Positions 37,266 to 50,985 of a stretch of 64,000 nucleotides of DNA are shown here, in pieces; the stretch's first letter is position 1, and the number at the start of each line of letters is the position of its first letter. Under the pieces are notes generated by a model that saw only the letters and a list, made by a program, of their open reading frames with translations, did no database searches and was not told the origin of the DNA. The position numbers were made by a program, and so were the translations under genes. The stretch is from Octopus bimaculoides. Taxonomy: Eukaryota. Location: contig NC_068983.1 in the NCBI RefSeq assembly GCF_001194135.2, positions 112,566,131-112,630,130 on the forward strand, in the 5' to 3' direction.

Positions 37266-39344
37266 TTCATCTAATCATACCTTTGCATAGCAAGATAAAA
37301 TCTGAAACTATTTAGCTTCTATTGCTAATGACTCTTAGATAGGAACAAATGTAACAACTTCATTTCCTTAACTTTATGATGATACAAAGAATAATTAATA
37401 CTAATGTTATCTGAATTAAACTATTGATAAACTTTGAGTTTAGAAGACAGGGCAAAGCCTTTGTTCAATTCTTCTTTTCTTTCTGCACCATCAGTGCAAA
37501 GGTGACTTCCTTGAGGAGTACTATGTGCTTATCATGGAATGTTATGTGAGAATACAAAAGTGATATTGCCTTCCTTTCAGTATTTTAGCCAAGTCACCTC
37601 CTTGTTGGTTAGATACACACAAATTTTGTTATACCTGCCAGAGCATTCAGAACACAAAGAGCCCGAACAAACACCACAAAGTTTTTATATCCTGTGCTCT
37701 GACAATTCCTTCAATCTATCACCCTGGACTGGCACTTTATTTTATCAATTCCAGAAAAGATAAAAGAAACAGCTGACTATGACATAATTTGAGCTCAGAC
37801 ATGAAAAACTGGAACAATTACTTCATAGAGTTTCGTCTGAAGTTCTAATGATTCTGTTTATTCACTACCATCTAAACATTGAATAGGTTTCAAATAAGAA
37901 TAGTGTCAATTATAGAAGACAGTGCAATTGGTAAAGAATACTGAAATGTCTAAAAGAAATTAAATTATTGTGACAGCTGGCTGAAATATTTCTTGTCCAA
38001 CAAACACAAAATTGTTCACTCACTCAAAAATTGTGTGGCTTAGGAGTAAGGGAGAAAACAAAGTTTCATACTGTCACTGGTTATGATGTTGCTAATGAAG
38101 TTCATTATCTTGATTAATAGAGAATAGAAACTGTGGAATTAAAATTACACTATGAAGAATATGTGAAGTCAAGCCATTGAAATGTATTACCTGAAGCATT
38201 AGTCTTTTCTTCTTCATGGCATAAAATTTATTCCACACACTTTGAACACATTTTATTACTATTCGTAGGCATAGAACACCACTAGTTTCTTCATATTTTA
38301 TTGTTTTTCTATACTCCTCATTAGTAGGATTGTACCATCATCATAAATAATTTTCCTTATCTAAAAAGAAAAGGATTAGAGCAGCTTATACAGCAACAGA
38401 CCATGGTTGTTAGATATTTAATAATTGTATCTAATCTAGACAGAAGGACAGCAATATCAAGGGAAGAAAGTTAGTCATTACTTCAACCTCTGTGTTTGTT
38501 TGGTTACTTTATGATGTTGACCTACTTTATGATGTTAACCTGAAAGGCTGAGGTGACCCTGGCAAAATTTTAACTTAGAACATAAAGAGCTGAAACAAAT
38601 GCAGTCAAGAATTTTTCCTGATGCTCTAACTATTTTGTTAACGATGCCTACTTCATTACCACTCTACAATAGAGCCTCTATATTTATCACTCAACCTGCT
38701 AGAAATAGTTGCTAAATTTCCTACAACATACTCCATACAGTTTTTTAAAGTAAAATAGGACACATTGGAGAATTCAAACTTAGATAATTACCCAGAAAAA
38801 ATTGATAAGGATACTCATGATTAAAATGCCCTTTTACAGTTTTAATTGATCATGGATGACATTGATTAAAAACAGTACAAATTTTTCAATATTTCATGGT
38901 CTGATGTTTCATTGTGCTTGCACAGAAATCAAAAATTCTCAAACACTTTTCAGTTCACTGCCATGTTCCCTATACACCTCTTGTGAAATACTTCCTTCTT
39001 TAGAGCCCTTCACATAAGAATGTGTGACACCAATCAAAATAAGATAACTAGGTAATACCACAAGAAATATGAAAACACCAATAAATACAATTTACCTAAG
39101 AAAATCTTTTGCTTGTTTAAGGCATCATAATAATACTTGAGGAACAGTAGCACATACTTTAACTGGTAAACAAATTACAAATCTTAATCAAATAACTGCA
39201 TAAATGGTAAAAATCAATATTATTTTCATCAACATTTAATTAGATGGAGTAGCTTTTTATAACAAACTAATTATGAAGTGATGGCTATATTTTTCAGATA
39301 GTTAAGCTCATCTTTTACAAATTTTTATACTCAGGCTATAGATT

Positions 39345-40900
39345 GAAACACTTCTTATCCCAATCCATCATCCCAAAAAGAGAAACAGGTCTCTTGCTGT
39401 TAACTATCACCCAGTCTCGCTTATCTCCCTCATCATTAAAGTGTTTAAAAGGATGATGATGTCAAGAATAACTGGCTTTCTGGTGTGTAACAGTGTCCTA
39501 AACTCCAGCCAGCATGGCTTTCCTAGTGGCAGAGACTACCTAACATAACTTTTACATTACTTTGAGAATATCCTTAAAAGTTTTAGGGTAAACACAAACA
39601 TTGATGTTATATATCTTAACTTCAGCAAAGCCTTTGACAGAGTTGACCACAATATCTAGCTGTTAAAACTGCCCAATATTGGAATCCTTGGTAAGCTGCT
39701 GCACTGGACACTGGATAGAGTATTTCCAGTTGAGCAGAACTTATCAAGTCATGATCAATGGAATCCACTGAAGCCCAACAAAAATCACTCATGGTGTTCC
39801 CCAAGGGAAGTTCTGGACCTACTTCTTTTTATTGTCTATGTAAATGACATCTCAAATGCCATCAAACACAACAAAATAGAAACATTTGCAAATGACTCCA
39901 AGATGAAAAACTTATCAATTGAGAACACTGAAGGAAGCTCTAGTTTGGTCAGAATGCTGTAAGTTAATGAGCAGACAGAAACAATCTGCTGTCCTAATCC
40001 ACCAAGGGAAGGTATGTCAGAAGAAAGTAATTCAACAATGCGGGTTAATGAACCGTAAGACGTGTGGCCAGAACCTCCTGGAAAATAACCATAGCAAGGG
40101 ACATTCCACAGTTGAATTAGAACAGTCACAAACAGTGAAAGAAGACATGCACCCAACACCAGAGCTGAAGACACCTCCGAAAGGGGGTGGCCCCGCCACG
40201 TCAAAACGGTAGAGGAGTAGGGGCCGAAACCAGACGTGGTTCCTCCTGATGATGTCTTGAGCTAACTGGATCCTATAAAGGAGCTGTTGTGGTAGCAGAC
40301 CACGAAACATGGTTGAAATTCCTTCCTGAAAGAAAATTTGAACTCGTGCACTTTGGTAAAGAAAATATGTTCTCCTCCTTCAAGAGAATTACTCAGAGCA
40401 TCCCTATAGTATCAGAAGCTTAGGAGCAATTGTTGAACTAGGGCACTCACATTAATAATAAATTTGATATAGCTTTTGTGTTGAACTCCTGGACCCTCAG
40501 AGCTTCCTGGTTCAGAAAGCCAGTTATTATCATTCCCCTTTTCTCCTTTCTACTGTCACACTAAAATTACTGCTGCCCACTGTGGCTTCCCACACAAAAC
40601 ACTGAGAGAGCAATCACTGAAAAGAGAAATAAAAGGCACAACTGATCTTGATTAATGGGACCACCTAAGAACATTGAAAGTTTATTCTCTCCAATGCTGC
40701 CCTGAGCACTATATCATTTGCACAATGATGAGAATATACCATTGGCATTGCCCACACAACCTTGGTAACAGATTCAGAAATCATATAAAACTGGTTTGTT
40801 TAAATTGTTAATGAAAAATAAGGATTAAATTTATTCCAGAATTAAGTTGACCTGTCTTCCTTTCCAACCAAACCCATCTATGAGCAAAACGTCTTTCATG
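39345..40900 (+). mobile_element. CR1/Jockey-group LINE RT fragment, degraded and interrupted
   Basis: NYHPVSLISLIIKVF, QHGF.SGR, IDVIYLNFSKAFDRVDH, LLFIVYVNDI and TFANDSK; after the interruption, KFELVHFGK and YCCPLW. Confidence 0.85.
39915..40320 (-). mobile_element. Insertion in the CR1-like LINE; possible Gypsy-type pol C-terminal fragment
   Basis: Higher GC; minus frame YRIQLAQDIIRRNHVWFRP resembles the post-integrase RSY....G..RRNR.HLRP motif. Confidence 0.35.
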
Positions 40901-41720
40901 TCTTGCAGAACAAACAAAAGATCAATCCGCAACATTCATAATTTCATGCTCATTAGAACATAAAAAAGTTTGTTGTCTCATAATTTTACACTGCAATGAA
41001 CAACTATGCAAATCATTGTAGCAGCCATAAACAAACCCTACATAATCCTATGCCATGATATAGACAAGACATAAGTATGAATAAATTATAACTAATATTG
41101 TTTGAATTGTAAGAAAAAAGTCTTCAAATATTTCAAATATGTCAATTGTCAGCCATCCATCACAATTCAGTGTTGCATTGTATAAACCTTCAAAACTTAC
41201 TTAGGGTATTATAGTCGTAGCAAAAAAAGTTTGGAACATAGGTCTGAAAATTAGAATTTTTATATTGAATTGCCAGTACTTTTGGCCGATGGCCAAAAGT
41301 TTGAAATATAGATCTGAAAATTACCAGGTAAGTATATCTCCATATATATATATTGAATTGAATTGTACTTGGGCATAACAATTTTAATTAAAAAAAAACA
41401 ATGTTCTTAACTTTTCGCCATGACTGTATGTACATTTTACAATTGTCGTGGTACCCACCAGCTGAAGTCATCTGTTCAGTTTATACTTGTTAAGGGACTT
41501 GTGATAATGTAATAGTCATTATAGAGAGACATTAAGAACCATAAACAGCTTTAGAAATTTTCAGGTTTGGCTGAATATAAGTAAATATGACAGTTAAAAT
41601 TAACTGTGCAGTCCCTGATAAAGTAACATATTGATATAAGAAATAGCACCTTGGGAATAGTTATCAAAGAATGATAAGTTAAAGAAAGAGTTTCTATGCA
41701 AACTCTGCTAAAATAGCATT

Positions 41721-42058
41721 CACCTGGGCAAGTGTCTTCTACTATAGCCTCGGGCCGACCAAAGCCTTGTGAGTGGATTTGGTAGATGGAAACTGAAAGA
41801 AGCCCGTCGTATATATGTATGTATATATATATGTATGTGCGTGTGTATGTTTGTGTGTCTGTGTTTGTCCCCCCAACATCGCTTGACAACCGATGGTGGT
41901 GTGTTTACGTCCCCGTAACTTAGCAGTTTGGCAAAAGAGACCGATAGAATAAGTACTAGGCATCTAAAGAATAAGTCCTGGGGTTGATTTGCTCGACTGA
42001 AGGCGGTGCTCCAGCATGGCCACAGTCAAATGACTGAAACAAGTAAAAGAGTAAGTAA
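41721..42058 (+). mobile_element. SINE family A, 5'-truncated, little diverged
   Basis: gggcaagtgtcttctactatagcctcgggccgaccaaagccttgtgagtgg...(TA/TG)n...ctccagcatggccacagtcaaatgactgaaacaagtaaaagag. Confidence 0.88.
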
Positions 42059-42775
42059 AATCCTTAGCTGAGCAGAATAGCAAAATCTTTATCATCATTA
42101 AAAGAAGCATTACATGTTTATATCTCAATCTTAAGGAAACATGTGACAAAGGCAGAATTGGTATGGAAAGGTTGCCAATCAAATGATTCTTTCATAAATT
42201 ATGGCTATCATAGATGTTCCAAGCATATTCTTTGATTAAAAATGTTTACATCATATATAATATATATATTAAAAAAAACCCAGAGCTACTCAACATTAAT
42301 TAGTCCTACAATACTGTTCATGTGACAATGACTGTTTATAGATCATTTGACTGTGTATAGAATATTATATGAATATTTCATCTAAATTCTGGTGTGAATT
42401 TTTCCAGATTCAATTTTCACTGAATAGAAAAAAATATATATATTAAAAACATTTGAATTTTAGCAAATTAAATTTTTTATTTTATTTCTTTTTAACTACA
42501 CTTCTTCCTTTCTGATTTTATCGCATGAAATTGCTTCACAAGAATAAATTCAAACATTATCATTTATATGGTTTGCTTGTTTATTAAAATTTATGTGGTG
42601 TTTGATTTAAAACCTATTTTCCCTATCATTTATCATTTTCAACTCAGACATAACAATAAATATTTCTTCTAAACAAACCAGGAGCACTAGTGAAATATGA
42701 GGGAAACGAGCAGAGAAAGTAAATGACAAAGTGAGAGATTGTATACAGACATACATACGCGCACGTGTGTATGTT

Positions 42776-42844
<69 letters not shown>

Positions 42845-43304
42845 ATACATACACATAGACACACAGACACATATATATATAGATCAAAGTTTTATAGCTG
42901 ATATCTGCATATTATTTATTGCAAATACTTACCAGTCAAGCACATTCTTTGCAATTCTGCTAAAAAATTTGTTATTGAAATACTTCATTCACTTTAGGCT
43001 AATGAAATGTTTTATGCAAGATATTATCTGTTTCTGGATAAATCCACTTGAAATGAAGAAATACATTTAGTGATACATTCATCATATTTACACTTACCAT
43101 TGACAAAAATAAATCAAAAAGTAGCAATATAAGTGCATGAACCCATTCAGATTGCCAAATTAAATTATTATAATTACAAAGCTAATGCTCTTGCAAATAA
43201 TATAAGCACTGCTGTAGACCCATTTTACATCTGATGCTAAAGGGCTTTCAGTGAAAAGGAAATTTTTCTCACTGATATTACTTTTATTGTTCTTTTATTC
43301 TTTT

Positions 43305-43486
43305 ATTTGTTTCAGTCATTTGACTAGAGTAAATTGACCCCAGGAATTATTCTTTGTAAGCTTAGTACTTATTCTACTGGTTTCTCTTGCCGAGCCGCTA
43401 AGTTACGGAGATGTAAACACACCCCCATCGGTTGTCAAGCAATGTTGTGGGGGGGAACAAACACAGACACACAAACATATACATAC

Positions 43487-43538
<52 letters not shown>

Positions 43539-43722
43539 GATGGGCTTCTTTCAGTTTCTGTCTACCAAATCCACTCACTTCTGTCTACCAGATCCACTTT
43601 GGTCGGCCCGAGGCTATAGACACGAGGTTATAGACACTTGCCCAAGGTGCCACACAGTGGGACTGAACCCAGAACCATGTGGTTGGTAAGCAAGCTACTT
43701 ACCACACAGCCACCCCTGCGCT
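43305..43722 (-). mobile_element. SINE family A with a small internal tandem duplication
   Basis: Reverse complement of family A; tttctgtctacca(a/g)atccact is repeated at 43555-43600. Confidence 0.88.
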
Positions 43723-45717
43723 ATTTGAACAAATGGAATGAATGCATGCATGTTAGTAACTAGGGTAAGTGACAGGGAACCATCAGCTTCAGATGAGTTT
43801 TTAAAGGCTATATAACATATCTTGAGTGCATTTTCTCTCCTTTTGTACAGCCATATTTGTGTGTGGATACATGTGTGTGTATATGCATGTTTTCTTTCTT
43901 TCTTTTTTTTTATTCAGACAATAAACAAATCAATGTACAGATCCATGTATAAATAAATATAACTCCAATCCATTCAATTATTGCTATTGTAGACTTCCGA
44001 ATTAGCTTGTGCTTATTTTTGAGCTAAGTAAATTTAAGTGAGTTCTATTGCTCTGATGGAGGACATAATTCAATATTTTTGGTGGGATATAAACTGTATA
44101 TTTAATTTGTTGGCTATTTGGACTGATTGTCTTTGGATTTCCTATTTCTATTTATATGCATATATAAGGACAATAGGAGATGATTAAAGAATAAGCTGGT
44201 CAAAATAATTGTCTGTACAGAAATATAGTAGAAGTGTTTAATTGTCTGGAAGATACAATTGTTTTAGCAAAAACAGATCTGAATTCTATCAACAAGTAAT
44301 TACCATTGCATGGCCCATGTGTTTTATATTCTAAATTTTTATGCAAAAAAAAAATTAATCTACTGTTGTCCTTTTATGAATGTAGAAATTATGTACTATA
44401 GCATGTGCAGCAGACTTGAAAGCAAGAAATGAAGTAATGAACAAAATTCAGGTAATATTATAGCGATAGAACCTTATAATACTACTTGAAATATCACACT
44501 CAATTGAGTTATTGTTAAGTTACCAACAAAAGTGAAACATTGACTAATTGGACTCAGGAAATTTGTTGTATAAATTATAGACCTGGAGAGTTAAGGTCTA
44601 TAAAGAGAGTTAAGCCAGTAGATGATTTACACAAATATGAGCAAAAAAATGAGTAGGAATTTGCAATATATCAAGATATCAATGATGGAAGAAATTACTA
44701 TACCAATGTAGATAACTTATTGATATAGATGATGAAGTGGGGCCATCCACTTGGAAAGTAAAAGTCAATTTATACTAACATATTTAATGTAGTAAGTATT
44801 TTGGTGATACCCATTTTTCATTGAAGAGATCATAAGACCACAAGTCCAGAGTTATTGCTTGCACTTTCAAAATAACAACTATAAAATTGGTCAATGAGTG
44901 ATATTTTTACTATTCACTGCATAGTTATTTCTTGTTAGCTTTTTAAAGCACACTTTCTTAAGTGTACCAGCACTTTTATTTAACTAATGATTTATCTGAT
45001 ATTGTCCACTAAATGTTACAAAATATTGTGATGGAAAAGGAATTGTAAACAAAAAATAAAAGTTGAAATGAAATGATCAAATATTTTTGAAAGATTTTTA
45101 TTATAGTTGAAAGGAAAATAAAATGAAAAAGATTGTTATGGAAACAATATTTCACTATATTCACTGTATAAAGCAAACAGTTAAAAGAGACTAATGAGAT
45201 TATTTTAGAGAGATGCACAAACATCAAGATGAGTACTAGTGATTCTCCTAGAGAGTTACTAAATATTTAAATATAGATACTTGAACTATTGAATTGAACA
45301 CATAATAGAGTCAAGCCATCATCATCATCATTATCATCATCATCATCATCATCATTTTTCTATGCTTACATATTTCAGATGATATTCTATGTCTGGATGT
45401 CCTTTCTGTCACCAATCCTCCCCTGTTATTAAGTAAGGTAATAGTTCCCTCCATTCTTTCTATCTTGAATAGCATAATGGCTAGATATGATTTCATGTGA
45501 CACCACTTACATGACAGTGACACTTGAGCACATCTGAGCATGGTGTCAAAACAAGGAGACTTGAAAACATGCATGTACATATTTATGTATGTATATGTTC
45601 AATTGGTTTCTTTCAGTTTCCATCTATGAAATTCATTCCCAAGGCTTTAGTCAGTCTGAGGCTATAGTAGGAAACAATAGTCAAAATTTAACTGAGAAGA
45701 TTTCAAAACTTAGAGAA

Positions 45718-46130
45718 TGAACATCATCATCATCATTTAATCTGTCTCCCATTTTGGCATGAGTTGGACAGTTTGACTGGAGCTGCTAAGGTCAGAGGCT
45801 GCACTAGACTCCATTGTCTGTTCTGGCATGCCTCTTCTCACACCAACCACTTCACAGAGTGTTAATAGGTGCAGTTTAGGCAGCACCAGCAACAGTACTT
45901 TAGCATGGCACCAGCATGAGTGCTTTTCGTGTGGTGCCTGCACTGGTATCGATTCTGCTGTGGTGGAATGAAGTCTTCTTGAGAACAACACTGCACCAGA
46001 TATCTCAGTCGTTTTTCATCTCCTTCGTAAGGCTTAGTGTCTTGAACTTGGCCTTCAATACTTCACCCCATGTCTTCCTGGGTCTCACAACTTCCATCCA
46101 CCTATGCATGCGATTTTGAAAATCTTAGCA
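45718..46130 (-). mobile_element. Older RTE subfamily 3' end with ORF2 C-terminus
   Basis: VRPRKTWGEVLKAKFKTLSLTKEMKND*DIW parallels GRPRKTWDEVVKHDLQTL at 63202-63330; (GAT)n tail. Confidence 0.7.
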
Positions 46131-47835
46131 CGCTATTGCAGAAGATTTTCATCCTTCAGGTCAACATTAAATGTAGAAATCACTTAATTTAATCCAAATG
46201 CCCTACAGCTATTATTATTACTTCTGTTATTTTAGGATTTTCTCTTTACTTTTATTTGCTATTGATGGCTACTATACTGAAGAATGAAAAAAGTTTATGG
46301 ACAAACATGACAGATTAGCTGTCCTGACATAGCAGAAAGATGGTGGAAGAAGAGCGAATCAAAATCATAGGTTGCTACTTCTTTGATAATAAATAGGATT
46401 AATTTTCTAAGTCATTCATTCAAAAGAAGTTTTAGCTGTCTGTAGTTAAAAATTGAAGCTTAAAATTTATAGATTGCAGTTCTGTCAAATGTACTTTTGC
46501 TGGAAGTGGATGAAATCTGACACTAAATATGATTTTAAATTGCACATATTTATAGTGAAGTTGTAGTAATGGCATTGAGAGTTAGACTATAGATTAGTAA
46601 GAAGTAGTATGGGCTTTTATAGATAAATTTGATTTCTAACTCATGACTTGAAAACTTTTGTTAAAGTTGCTCTCATAATTGTTTGAAAACCAAAGACACT
46701 TTTGTTTTCTTCTTATAACAGAACCATACAATTATGAGAATTGTTTATTTTGAAAAGATTTTCTTTTTGAAGAATAATGTCATATATTTCAAAATAACAT
46801 ATTCTTTTGGTTTAATTTGTTTTTCATAAAAATTCAGCAAAATCTTGCAATTTGATATGCTGTCAATTTTTCTCTTCCTACCCTCTATCAGTTATTTTGG
46901 AAAAAAAAAAAGAAACATTTTAAAACAAAAATGAAAATAAATTATAATATGCTTTTGTTAAAAAAAAATTTCAGAGAAAAATATAAGTTTCTGAAGGCTG
47001 AAATGTTTCTATGATTTCATATCTCGTAATTGTAATATAAAACTTTTTCTTTTTCTGTTTTTCCACATATCAAAGTAATCGTTATAACGCTGCCACTGGC
47101 ATCTCCTCTGCCTGCTCCATTACCACCACTGACACTGCTGCCACTACTGCTGCCACCGCCGCTGCCACTGCCGCTGCCACCGCCGTTGCCACCGCCGCTG
47201 AGACCACCACCACCACCACCTTCATCATCATCATCATCATCATCATCAGTGTCATCATCATTTTTTACATCTAACATGGTGAGTGAAATGGGATGCTTGA
47301 AGCAGTGCTCCATCTTGAGATGCCATTTCTTAGTACTGACCTTTTTAGGCACCTCTGTGATACACAGGGACGAAGAATACATCATCATCATTATCACCAT
47401 TATTCTAACATCCACTGTCTTGTCTTTGCACTGGTCAGATGAGAGTAAGTTAAGACAGAGTTTTCTATGGTATTTGCTTATGGTTATTTAGCACAACTTC
47501 TTTTGAAAGGAGGTAATAATCTCCTCAATCTAGCAAACAACAAACAGTTCCAATATGCTTATGTGGAGGACTGATAATAAACGACACAAAAATGTGGCTT
47601 TTGCTTCTAAAGATTGTGCAACATATGAAAGCACATCAAGAAATCCAGACATGCTTCTGTAGTGGACTGCAAGAAAATGAAACTGTTTGCAAAGCTATTA
47701 TTTACCAGTGAGCAAAACGCATGTAGATAAGTAAAATTCAAAAAATATCCACACACACACACAGATATAACCATATCCATACACACACACACACACACAT
47801 ATATATGTATGTATGTATATATACATATACATATA

Positions 47836-47910
47836 CAGTAAATCTTCGACTATCATGGGTGTTATGTTCCCAAACCCCCGCGATATGTGAACCGCAATAT
47901 GGTGAGGGAT
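47836..47910 (+). mobile_element. Single end of a pogo/Tigger-like MITE
   Basis: TA|CAGTAAATCTTCGACTATC...CCCCCGCGATA; no partner TIR was found. Confidence 0.45.
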
Positions 47911-48469
47911 TATTGCATGTGAGTGTGTGTATTTGTGTGTGTGTGTGAAATTGAAATAAGAGGACAAAGAAAGAATTTAACGCATCTTTAATTAATTAAT
48001 TAGTTACAATTGTTTCTGTATCAACTCTGCTTTTATTACCAGATGGACAGGGCAAATAAAGTGTCAATACTAAAGTAGATAAAAGTATGGTTAGGGGATG
48101 AAGAAGAAGCAGTAGAAGAGAAAGAAGATGAGAGAAGAAGAAAGAAGATGAAGAATAAAGAGGAGGAGGAGGAGGGGGAGGGGGATAAGAAGTACAAAAA
48201 GAAGAGGAAGAAGACTGAGATGAATAGCTGGAAGGAAGAAGAGGTGAGTGATATGGATAATAACGAGTCATCGCACAATCACCAGAATCAAATTACAATG
48301 GACAAGTGAAAAGTTATTTTGATGTAAATCCTAATCTCTAGTGATAAAATAAAGAAACTACCAAAGTGAAAGGAAGTTTGATAGTTATAACAACGACTGC
48401 ACCAATACTAACAATGAGAAGAAAATAATAACAACATTACTTCTATTAATGATATTAATAAAGATAATA

Positions 48470-48908
48470 ATATTGATTTCAAATTTTGGCACAAGGCCAG
48501 TAAGTTCAGGGTAGAAGGTAAGTCAATTACATTGACCCCAGTGCTTAACTGGTACATATTTTATAGATCCCTAAAGGGATGAAAGGCAAAGTCAACCTTG
48601 ACTGAATTTGAACACAGTGCTTAGAGGTGGACAAAAGGCCACTTAGCATTTTGCCCTACATGCTAATGATTCTCATTTCTTTACTGCCCACAAGAGGCTA
48701 CACACTGAGGGGACAAGGAGGGACAGACAAATGGATTAAGTTGATTATATCGACCCCAGTGCATAACTGGTAGTTATTTAATCGACCTCGAAAGGATGAA
48801 AGGCAAAGTCCACCTCGGCGGAATTTGAACTCAGAACGTAGCGGCAGAACGAAATACTGCTAAGCATTTTGCCTGGCATGCTAACGATTCTTCCAGCTCG
48901 TCGCCTTA
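48470..48908 (-). mobile_element. Two tandem SINE family C copies (48470-48670 old; 48685-48908 young)
   Basis: The reverse complement taaggcgacgagctggaagaatcgttagc...gttctgagttcaaattccgccgaggt...tgcctttcatcctttcgagg. Confidence 0.82.
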
Positions 48909-49213
48909 CGCTTGCCAGCTCACCACCTTAATAAAGATAATAATATTAATGTAAAAAAAATGATAATGATAATAACAACAATATGAAAGAGTGGTTAGTG
49001 TTAGGAAGGGCATCCAGCTGTAGAAACTCTGCCAAATCAGATTAGAGNNNNNNNNNNNNNNNNNNNNNNNNNNNNNNNNNNNNNNNNNNNNNNNNNNNNN
49101 NNNNNNNNNNNNNNNNNNNNNNNNNNNNNNNNNNNNNNNNNNNNNNNNNNNNNNNNNNNNNNNNNNNNNNNNNNNNNNNNNNNNNNNNNNNNNNNNNNNN
49201 NNNNNNNNNNNNN

Positions 49214-49278
<65 letters not shown>

Positions 49279-49523
49279 TGCTCTATTTGACTAGCCTTTT
49301 TCATTCTTAGTTCAAATCCTGCAAACATTAGCTTTGCCTTTACTCCTTCTAGAGTAATCAACTACTGAGGGTGATCTAATTAGCTGCTTTTTTTTTACCA
49401 ACTGAATTGTTGGTCTTGTGTCTATCTTAGGAATTAAAGTTGAGACTTCAGTACTGCAGTTACTTTAAATTTGTGAGCAAGTTTTTGAATGTTACCTGTG
49501 GCAGGTTTATAATCCATCTGGAC

Positions 49524-49781
49524 CAGTCTTTCTTAACCATTTTTGACCTATGGACCTTTTTGGTTCCTATTTTACTCAGGTGAACCCTCATAGTCATTCA
49601 ATGTTTTAAAAGTCCTACTATATTTTCCTAATTAAATATAATTAGGAAGTGTAGTTAACAAAAAATTGCTAAAATATTTTGTGTATTGTAGAACTATAAC
49701 CAATTTATTGCACATAAATTTTAACAACAATATCTAACATGGATCCCCAAGTGCCATATAGACCCTGGTTGAGAACCGCTG
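49524..49781. mobile_element. Degraded hAT-type MITE
   Basis: cagtctttcttaacc ... ggttgagaaccgctg; the TSD is not clean. Confidence 0.5.
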
Positions 49782-50514
49782 ATCAAGGCAAAAGATTTAC
49801 TTTTTATTTACTTGACATGAAACCTAAACCTAGTCTAAGCACTGCTCCTTAATATCCATTTGTCATTCCTGAAGGTATTTTTATTTCACATGGCTCTCTA
49901 TGGATAGATCATCTTGTGTGCATGTATGTATCGGTGTACATTTCTGAGAGCCTGCTCATGTGTAAGAATTTGGTTCACATTTTTCCCTGGAGCAAATTTG
50001 TTCTGTACAAATTTCGAATTTATAAAAATTACAAAACATTAAAAAAAAAACCCATAAAATCTAAATATAAAAATAAAAGCAAAGAAATTCTAATTTGAAT
50101 TCAATAAAACTATAACAATGAAACAAAATATAAAATTACAGTATTTGATGAAACTCTACAATAATCAGAATCACACCAGGAAATATTTGGCAGCACATTT
50201 CCAATAATTGCAAAATTAACAAGCTTTGCAAACATGAGCTCCTTCCAAACAGCATATTACATCATATTCATTATATCGTTCCTACAAGGTCATTCAAATC
50301 ACAGCATGCAGTTGTATAAATATTTCAGTGTAAATTTTCTATGTGCTATGGAAATCTGATAGACTAGGTAAGAGGAGTATTCTTATTTGTTTAGCAATGT
50401 CTATTTCTCTCAATGGGTTAGCCTGCCATATTTCATTGTCTGATGAACCCTTAAATTTACTGAACTATGGAATGTGTCAATATTTTATCCCATTGTATTC
50501 AACAGATATATCTT

Positions 50515-50717
50515 CTATCTTTTACTTGTTTCAGTCATTAGATTGTGGCCATGCTGGAGCACTGCTTTGAATGTTTAGCTGAATGAATCAACCCCAGTAC
50601 TTATTTTTTAAGGCTAGTACTTATTCTATCAGTTTCTTCTGCCAAACCACGAAGTTACAGGGATGTAAACCCACCAACACCAGTTGTCAAGTGGTGATGG
50701 GGAGACAAGCACAGGCA

Positions 50718-50757
<40 letters not shown>

Positions 50758-50800
50758 CACACACACATATATATANNNNNNNNNNNNNNNNNNNNNNNNN

Positions 50801-50842
<42 letters not shown>

Positions 50843-50985
50843 GGCTTCTTTCAGTTTCCATCTACCAAATCCACTCACAAGACTTTAGTTGACCTGAGGC
50901 TATAGTAGAAGACACTTACCCAAGGTACCATGCAGTAGGACTGAACCCAGAACCATACAGTCACTCCTTCCACACAACCACTCCT
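50515..50985 (-). mobile_element. SINE family A spanning a gap in its microsatellite spacer
   Basis: Tail and head motifs flank (CA)n/(TA)n. Confidence 0.85.

Noticed and set aside
47017-47491. Gly/Ser/Asp- or Pro/Ser-rich ORFs
   Set aside because: Produced by mixed (GCC/ACC/TCA)n microsatellites.
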